DNA from: Candidatus Woesebacteria bacterium | GTDB lineage: Bacteria > Patescibacteriota > Microgenomatia > UBA8517 | Direction: 5' to 3' | Length of the DNA stretch: 64,000 nucleotides | NCBI GenBank assembly: GCA_016700095.1 | Contig: CP065002.1 | Location: forward strand, 1,124,145-1,188,144 | Shown: positions 58,591 through 64,000 of the stretch, piece by piece | Layout of the letters: every line of letters starts with the position of its first letter | Numbering within the stretch: the stretch's first letter is position 1 | Translations under genes and position numbers: made by a program | The notes under the pieces: generated by a model | What the model saw: only the letters and a program-made list of their open reading frames with translations | Databases searched by the model: none | Told to the model about the DNA's origin: nothing

Positions 58591-58770
58591 AGCTTTTATG
58601 GAATTTTACCATCTAATTATTATTATCAAACGTGCTAAGTATTTGACCAACGTACATCATTAGAAATGTACAATTATGGTTTTATGAAATTATTATTTCC
58701 TGTTTCAATACCGTTTTGACATTACCGCAAATTCCAACCAATTATTTATTTATAATCAATTGACTTTTGT

Positions 58771-59290
58771 CTACACATCCTCCTTTGGTCTATACTGCAG
58801 CGCCTCTGCTATATGATTGGTAGATACTTCCTTTGTTTCTTCTAAATCCGCTATTGTTCGGGAAATTTTTATTACCTTAAAATAACTTCGAGCTGACAAA
58901 TTCATGGAAGATATTGCACTTCTTAGTATTGTTCGACAGTCAGCATTTAGCAGACAAAATTCTTTCACGGTATTGGAACTCATTTCGCCATTTGATACAA
59001 TTTTTAATCCCTTAAACCTCTTTAGTTGAGCATCCCGTGCTTTTTGTATTCGCCGTTGTATAGATTTCGAGTTTTCGTTTTCATTGGTTTGTTTTCCAAT
59101 TAGTTTGTATGTGTCAACCGATGGAACCCACACATGAATATCGATTCTGTCAAGAAGAGGTCCGGAAATTCGTTTAGCATAGCGTGAGATCTGTCCCGGT
59201 AAACACTTACATGGCCGTTTGGGGTCTTTGTAATATCCACACGGGTGGGGGTGTACATTGTTTTCAACAAGGACACCATCTAATACATCA
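58771..59290 (-). pseudogene. comM: 3' fragment of comM/yifB (Mg-chelatase-like AAA+ ATPase C-terminal domain), separated from its 5' part by the inserted element.
   Basis: HPCGYYKDPKRPCKCLPGQISRYAKRISGPLLDRIDIHVWVP...LSARSYFKVIKISRTIADLEETKEVSTNHIAEALQYR is collinear with the ComM C-terminus (NPCPCGYY...QRYxxRISGPLLDRIDL...LSARAYxRILKVARTIADL...HLAEALQYR). Confidence 0.75.
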
Positions 59291-60921
59291 TCAACAATAA
59301 ACTCTATATGAACCTCACCCTTGTCTCCTACAACAACCCTCTTTATGAATTGCTGCAAAACCTTCTTTTTCTTAGCCAAATCCCCATTATTGAAGTGTTC
59401 GTCAAACTTCATAAGGAACTTCCTCTTTTTATCAAGTAAAGCATTGTTTTCCTCTATAGAGGCAAGGCTACGCTCTAATTTTGTCAGTTCTTCTTTGGCT
59501 GTCTTTAGTGCCATCTCAACTTCTTTTGAGCGTTCATAGTAAGTTTGAGGAGTAACAAAGCCCTCCTGAAATGCACTGTCCCACCTATCTTTTGCAAAAT
59601 TGAGCTTAAAGATTTCCTTTTTCTTGGCTGCAACCTGATGCTTCAGGCTCTCAATAAACTTATCAATCGATAACCTCTCAAATGCTTCTTTAACTTCAGC
59701 ATTTTGTGCCAATTCATGAATCCTCTGTATTATCACTCCTTCCAGTTTAGCAGCTGACATTTTGTAAGTGTTGCATGGACAGACTTTGACACCGCTAATA
59801 TGATTGCATGGACAACCATAGTGTATTCGTGGTTTGGCATTAGGTGACCTCTTGAGAGTTGAGGGAGTAGGGTTTTGTCGCTTGTAGTGTAGTCTGTGCC
59901 CACAGTGGCAATATGCCAGAGGTATTAATAATCCCTCACTCGCAATAGCCCTGCCTCTGAAAATATACCGCTGTCTCATCCGTTCCTGGGCTACCTTGAA
60001 TGTATCTTCATCAATCAGTTTTGGGATTTTCTCGTTAGGCACTAATATCCATTCTTCTGGTGAGGTTTGCTTTCGCTTACCTCTGAAAACAGGTCTATGG
60101 TTATGCCTTACTATGCCTATATAAAAAGGGTTTGCCAAGATTTTCCTAACGCTGGGAGGTCTCCACAACCCTCCCATAGGAGCTGGAATTTTTTCCTTGT
60201 TCAAGACAGTGCAAATTTTGCGGTAAGAATAATCCTCCCTGACAAAGTGTTTGAATATTCTCTTTACCACCTCAGACTGCGCCTCATTCACCAAGATGTC
60301 AAATTCTACTGTTGGATGTATCCGCTTATAATCTTTGTTTAAACCATAAGGAACATTGTGAGGGTCACCCCTTAAAGCTCTCTTCCTCGCACCTTGCCTT
60401 ACTTTTCTCCTTATACCTTTAACATCTATGTCAGCTTTTATATCGACTATCGCCTCATGGATAACCTCTGAATCATCCTGCTGGGGGTCATAGAGTCTTG
60501 GGTCAACAATTTCCCTGGGTTGGTTATAGGAATAAAATTGGATAAAGTTCTTTTTTAATGTTTGCCTAACAAGTAAAGCTGTATCCCTATCCCTGCTAAA
60601 CCTATCTGCGTCATACACAACTAAAACATCAAATTCCCCTTTGTTGGCAGCGTCCATCATTGCCATCAACCCCTCTCGGCTTTCGATGCGGTGACCTTTC
60701 TGTACATCCTTAAAAACCAAATCAACAAACTTCCAGTGGTGGTTGTCTATCGCTTGCAAACACCTTTTTTTCTGTTCATCGAGGCTTCCCTTTGTAGGGT
60801 CTGCCTGGTCATCTGTTGATACTCGGATATAGTAGGCTGCCCTTACTTCTACTTCCTCAATTTCAACCTTCGGTGTAACTGAATTTAGACCTAATTTGTT
60901 AAGCAGTTTTGTGTTTTCCAT
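58771..60921 (-). CDS. Large serine recombinase (about 555 aa of recombinase proper) whose ORF reads through the attachment junction into the comM 3' fragment.
   Basis: Resolvase catalytic domain YYIRVSTDDQ...RFSRD, recombinase domain, zinc-ribbon cysteines (CHCGH...CPCNHISGVKVCPC), coiled coil. There is no stop codon before the comM-derived 160 aa. Confidence 0.9.
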   Translation of the reverse strand: MENTKLLNKLGLNSVTPKVEIEEVEVRAAYYIRVSTDDQADPTKGSLDEQKKRCLQAIDNHHWKFVDLVFKDVQKGHRIESREGLMAMMDAANKGEFDVLVVYDADRFSRDRDTALLVRQTLKKNFIQFYSYNQPREIVDPRLYDPQQDDSEVIHEAIVDIKADIDVKGIRRKVRQGARKRALRGDPHNVPYGLNKDYKRIHPTVEFDILVNEAQSEVVKRIFKHFVREDYSYRKICTVLNKEKIPAPMGGLWRPPSVRKILANPFYIGIVRHNHRPVFRGKRKQTSPEEWILVPNEKIPKLIDEDTFKVAQERMRQRYIFRGRAIASEGLLIPLAYCHCGHRLHYKRQNPTPSTLKRSPNAKPRIHYGCPCNHISGVKVCPCNTYKMSAAKLEGVIIQRIHELAQNAEVKEAFERLSIDKFIESLKHQVAAKKKEIFKLNFAKDRWDSAFQEGFVTPQTYYERSKEVEMALKTAKEELTKLERSLASIEENNALLDKKRKFLMKFDEHFNNGDLAKKKKVLQQFIKRVVVGDKGEVHIEFIVDDVLDGVLVENNVHPHPCGYYKDPKRPCKCLPGQISRYAKRISGPLLDRIDIHVWVPSVDTYKLIGKQTNENENSKSIQRRIQKARDAQLKRFKGLKIVSNGEMSSNTVKEFCLLNADCRTILRSAISSMNLSARSYFKVIKISRTIADLEETKEVSTNHIAEALQYRPKEDV

Positions 60922-60924
60922 AAG

Positions 60925-61806
60925 TTACCAAGTTATTACTGTCCTTTGACCTGTAATCTCATCATGGGCAATAGTGCCAATCATCGAACCAACTGATGTT
61001 AGGTCAATTTTCTGCAAAGAGTTTTCCCATATCTCTTTTAACTTTTTCCCTTCTTGGGTCTCATTAATGAATTTCTGGGCTTCCCATTCGCCAAAGGGTT
61101 CTTTCAAAACCCCATCCAAACCCCTTCCTATAAAAGATTCAAAGCTAAGGCATGACAGGCCAACTAAGTGCATTATGTCAACCTGTGTTAGTGGAGATGC
61201 CTTCGATATTATTGGTGACAGGTGTCTAAGCCACCAGTCCCTTGACACAGTGTTTATTTGCTCTGGGGTTAATAGTTCTTTCTTTACATTCAGTGGTCTG
61301 ATTGAGAAGATTGTGACAGCCAACGCCAAGTACCTTATGTGCTTTGGACTCAAGTTAGAAATTGAGTCTATTGCTTGAGGTGACACAAGAGATATTAGAC
61401 TATCCTCATTCGCAATTAGCCTCTCAGATATAACCCTCGCTAATAATTTATGCCTTTCTTCATTCGATGTCTTTGATGCTGCATATAATGCATCCTGGAA
61501 GGTTGCAGAAAAAGCTGGGTCTCTAAACGCTGACTTAACTAATGCGGCAGTAACTGGGTTGTCTTTGCTTGATTCCTCAATTTTCTTAATTTTCTCTGCA
61601 ATATCTTCCAGATAATGTAGTGTGTTTTCCTCAGCTTTCTTTTGGACTTCCTTTTGGTGAGGTCTCCATTTATCCTTTAACCACTTAATCGCTGGACTTA
61701 GTGCAGCCTTGACCACCATTGAACCTGCCTCAGAAGCCCCACTTTTAGCGATTTCCTCTACACCTTTTGTCAATACATCTGTTACTGGTTTTGGGTCTAT
61801 TGCCAT
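60925..61806 (-). CDS. Hypothetical 293-aa cargo protein of the element (no family recognised).
   Basis: Clean ORF between the HTH gene (shared ATGA overlap) and the recombinase (3-nt gap). Predominantly helical composition. Confidence 0.7.
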   Translation of the reverse strand: MAIDPKPVTDVLTKGVEEIAKSGASEAGSMVVKAALSPAIKWLKDKWRPHQKEVQKKAEENTLHYLEDIAEKIKKIEESSKDNPVTAALVKSAFRDPAFSATFQDALYAASKTSNEERHKLLARVISERLIANEDSLISLVSPQAIDSISNLSPKHIRYLALAVTIFSIRPLNVKKELLTPEQINTVSRDWWLRHLSPIISKASPLTQVDIMHLVGLSCLSFESFIGRGLDGVLKEPFGEWEAQKFINETQEGKKLKEIWENSLQKIDLTSVGSMIGTIAHDEITGQRTVITW

Positions 61807-62075
61807 TACTTACCACCTATCCTTTCCTTAATTTCAGTGATACTAAGCCTTTTAGACTGATACCTTTTAACTTCAGATATTATCTTTAGGCTCTTGTCCT
61901 CATCAAATAACTGGTAACCTCCAGGAGTTTTTTCCACCACCTCAAGCAAGCCTTCTTTTGCGTAGTAACGGATAGTAGAAGGGAGCACCCCTGCCTTTAA
62001 TGCTAATTGTCCAACTTTAACCTTTTTCATAATTTTTTTCCGCAAAATTTTTTCCTTACCAGTCCCAAATGTCAT
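61806..62075 (-). CDS. MerR-family HTH DNA-binding protein (excisionase/regulator-like).
   Basis: VKVGQLALKAGVLPSTIRYYAKEGLL is a MerR-type HTH. Confidence 0.75.
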   Translation of the reverse strand: MTFGTGKEKILRKKIMKKVKVGQLALKAGVLPSTIRYYAKEGLLEVVEKTPGGYQLFDEDKSLKIISEVKRYQSKRLSITEIKERIGGK

Positions 62076-62152
62076 TTTGGTTCTGGACTACCACCCATAA
62101 AAGAGTCTCATAAATTTAATGGTTGGTTGGAAACCCATACCCCCCTTGGCTA

Positions 62153-62350
62153 TTATGGATTTGTCCTACCCCCATCTTTGTTCTCAACTGCTAAATCTTT
62201 ATCCAGGCGTTCCTTTTCTCGCATAGCCCTAATGTTCTGAGCTGCTATCGTAAAGATGCGGTTATAGGCAGTCGTCAAAGCCCTATCAATCTCCTCTGGA
62301 GTGCCTACTTGCTTAAATACTATGTTAGGTGGAACTACTTTTCTTCCCAT
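62153..62350 (-). CDS. Hypothetical 65-aa protein.
   Basis: Lies 4 nt downstream of the integrase gene. No family recognised. Confidence 0.4.
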   Translation of the reverse strand: MGRKVVPPNIVFKQVGTPEEIDRALTTAYNRIFTIAAQNIRAMREKERLDKDLAVENKDGGRTNP

Positions 62351-62354
62351 AATT

Positions 62355-63311
62355 TCAACTTCCTGTATTTATGATTATCGGAACTTCAGGTGGGCTTTCG
62401 CTAAAAGCAACCCCATCAAAAGCGTTGTAATACCTTGGCAAATCCGCTTGCTTCTTGATGCTATCGTTGTACACTTGCAACATTTCTAAGCTGCGGTGTC
62501 TGGTATATTGTGCAACCTCAAGCAAGTCTCCTTTATATGTCTTAATGAGCTTGGTGGTGAAGTAGTGCCTAAACCCATGTGTGGACTTCTCGATATCTAA
62601 ACCCTTGAGAACAGTAGTCACAATTTCCCTGATTGCTCTTGTGGTAAGTCTCTGGTTATTGCGGTTGTTGCTTATAGAAGTAAACAATGCACCAGAGGCT
62701 TTTCTGTTTGATTTTATGTAATCCAAAAGCACTCTTACTGATTCAGGGTGTAGGTCAATCGGTTCTTTGTCATCCCTGCCTTTTCCCTGGATTAGTGCTG
62801 TCATATTTGATAAATCCAAGTCCTCTACATCAAGCCTCACAATTTCAACTTGCCTCAAGCCCTGCAATGCCAGTAGGCTCATTATCGCTTTGACTCGTGT
62901 GTTCTGTGGAGTAGGGTCAAGAGACCTGAGGTAACTTACAAGCCTTGCCATTTCAATCTCGCTAACCCCTGTCCTTTTATGCTTTTTCTCTTGGGTGAAT
63001 GTCTTTATGTTTTGGGTTATATCAACTGGTAATACTCCTTGTCGATTCAACTCCTTGAGGAATATCCTGGCAGCAGCAAGATATTTATTCTTTGTTGAGG
63101 TGCTTAAATCAGTCCTTCCTATCAAATATCTCTTAAATTCTAAGAATGTGTTATGAGTAAATCCATTACCCTGGAGAAAATCTAAAAATAGTCCAATGCG
63201 ATACTTGTAGTCTATGCGTGTACTTTCGGCTACATCAAGAAGGTCAAATATCTTCTGTGCGCTCAAATGTGGGTTATTTATCGTCAAATCTAAATCGTTG
63301 TTCATGGTCAT
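62355..63311 (-). CDS. Tyrosine recombinase/phage-type integrase.
   Basis: N-terminal SAM-like domain. Catalytic R...HGFRHYF...RHRSLEMLQVY (R-H-R-Y) signature. Confidence 0.88.
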   Translation of the reverse strand: MTMNNDLDLTINNPHLSAQKIFDLLDVAESTRIDYKYRIGLFLDFLQGNGFTHNTFLEFKRYLIGRTDLSTSTKNKYLAAARIFLKELNRQGVLPVDITQNIKTFTQEKKHKRTGVSEIEMARLVSYLRSLDPTPQNTRVKAIMSLLALQGLRQVEIVRLDVEDLDLSNMTALIQGKGRDDKEPIDLHPESVRVLLDYIKSNRKASGALFTSISNNRNNQRLTTRAIREIVTTVLKGLDIEKSTHGFRHYFTTKLIKTYKGDLLEVAQYTRHRSLEMLQVYNDSIKKQADLPRYYNAFDGVAFSESPPEVPIIINTGS

Positions 63312-63358
63312 TAAAGTTCGTGACTCACAGTCTCATCCTTAAAGTATCACTTTAAGGT

Positions 63359-63943
63359 TTAAGAGTCAAGTGTTTTGTTTTTTCTCACATAAAAAACCAT
63401 TCCAGGTAAGGCATCTATGAAACTGGCAAACCGTTTGCCACCCTGTTTCTTGATATGAGGCAGTTCGCTCCATATCCTGGCAGCCTCAATCACCTCATAC
63501 TCGGTATAATTATTTGCCAATAGTTCCTTGAATAACCTAACCTCCTTGATAAGGATTCCAATATCTTTGGGCTTTCTGCTTGGGAAAATCTCGTAGTATT
63601 GGTCAAGCAGCTTTGCCTCTTGGTGCATCCGATATCTTTCCTTTTGGGTTCTAAGCAATGCGGTTCTCCTACTTAGAAACTTCTCAAATACCCTTTTTCT
63701 ACTCAAAATGTTTGCTGCACCTTTTTCCTTAATCCATTTAGCTGCCCTGCGTGCCTCTTTGACAGTGTCTATCTCTGGATACTCATCAATCATCTCTTTT
63801 AAGAATTGCTTATCGTCTATGGAGAGTAGAGCCTTTAAGTAATTTATCTTTTCCTCCTTAGTAGAGAAGCCACCAAAAGGAACTTTTGGTACTCCTTTAG
63901 GAGTATCATCCTTTTTATAATCCTTTATATTAGTGTGTGCCAT
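63359..63943 (-). CDS. Hypothetical 194-aa protein in the element.
   Basis: Clean ORF. Basic N-terminus. No family recognised. Confidence 0.6.
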   Translation of the reverse strand: MAHTNIKDYKKDDTPKGVPKVPFGGFSTKEEKINYLKALLSIDDKQFLKEMIDEYPEIDTVKEARRAAKWIKEKGAANILSRKRVFEKFLSRRTALLRTQKERYRMHQEAKLLDQYYEIFPSRKPKDIGILIKEVRLFKELLANNYTEYEVIEAARIWSELPHIKKQGGKRFASFIDALPGMVFYVRKNKTLDS

Positions 63944-64000
63944 TTTGTCTCGACTGGTAGAGTCATTATGTCCTGACTCAGTGGTAGTTGAGCCAATTTG

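Larger units (their letters stand above)
59290..64000. mobile_element. Integrated element (prophage/IME-like, partial; right end beyond the window) inserted in comM.
   Basis: A serine recombinase at the junction, a MerR-like HTH, a tyrosine integrase, unknown cargo, and markedly higher GC content than the flanking chromosome. Confidence 0.7.

Noticed and set aside
63955-64000. tRNA-like D-arm motif (CTCA-GTGGTAGT-TGAG) at the window edge, downstream of the element genes.
   Set aside because: Position 8 would not be U, no T-loop GTTCGAAT-type motif is visible, and the sequence runs off the window. It cannot be supported as a tRNA.
1-64000. CRISPR arrays, rRNA and tRNA genes.
   Set aside because: No regularly spaced direct repeats of 24 to 48 bp were seen. 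No rRNA-like conserved blocks or convincing tRNA cloverleaf/T-loop motifs were seen in the intergenic regions.

Overview
This 64 kb window comes from a low-GC (about 33-36%) bacterial genome with small, tightly packed genes. Genes use either very strong Shine-Dalgarno sites (AGGAGGTGA) or a TATAAT box a few bases before the ATG (leaderless-like). Several TTG/GTG starts lie inside the SD, so a number of six-frame ORF calls are over-extended at the N-terminus. The style fits a small-genome Patescibacteria/CPR-like or Gram-positive-like organism, but this cannot be proven from sequence alone. No rRNA, tRNA or CRISPR array was found.

Core housekeeping content includes:
- an archaeal-type upper mevalonate operon (class I HMG-CoA reductase, HMG-CoA synthase, thiolase and the DUF35 zinc-ribbon/OB-fold scaffold protein);
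- metK preceded by a SAM-I riboswitch;
- a P-type ATPase, gltX, recJ-rel, cca, secDF, dtd, nth, a DEAD-box helicase and malic enzyme;
- a glycan-metabolism set (GT4 fused to an (alpha/alpha)6 domain, a GH130-like protein, a GH15-like protein, alpha-glucan phosphorylase);
- three Nudix proteins and many DUF-family proteins (DUF2130, DUF2892, DUF192, DUF4258, DUF3048, DUF4446, DUF5679, ASCH, CAP, CYTH).

Accessory and regulatory highlights:
1. The right-hand 4.7 kb (about 59290 to the window end) is GC-richer and is an integrated mobile element. Its large serine recombinase ORF reads in-frame into the 3' fragment of a disrupted comM/yifB gene. The element also carries a MerR-like HTH, a 293-aa unknown cargo protein and a tyrosine integrase.
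2. An OmpR-type two-component system sits next to a MacB/FtsX/HlyD-type ABC exporter and a CpxP-like LTxxQ periplasmic protein. A TTAAG-N6-TTAAGAAAA direct-repeat box recurs upstream of all three transcription units and is the likely response-regulator operator.
3. A two-gene cassette encodes a nucleoside-hydrolase-like protein translationally coupled to a 724-aa multidomain protein (unknown N-terminus, degenerate PRTase-like domain, HAD-like domain).
4. A candidate leader-peptide/attenuator precedes the gene at 42913.
5. Several unannotated small genes were found (1702..1881 and 54805..54954).
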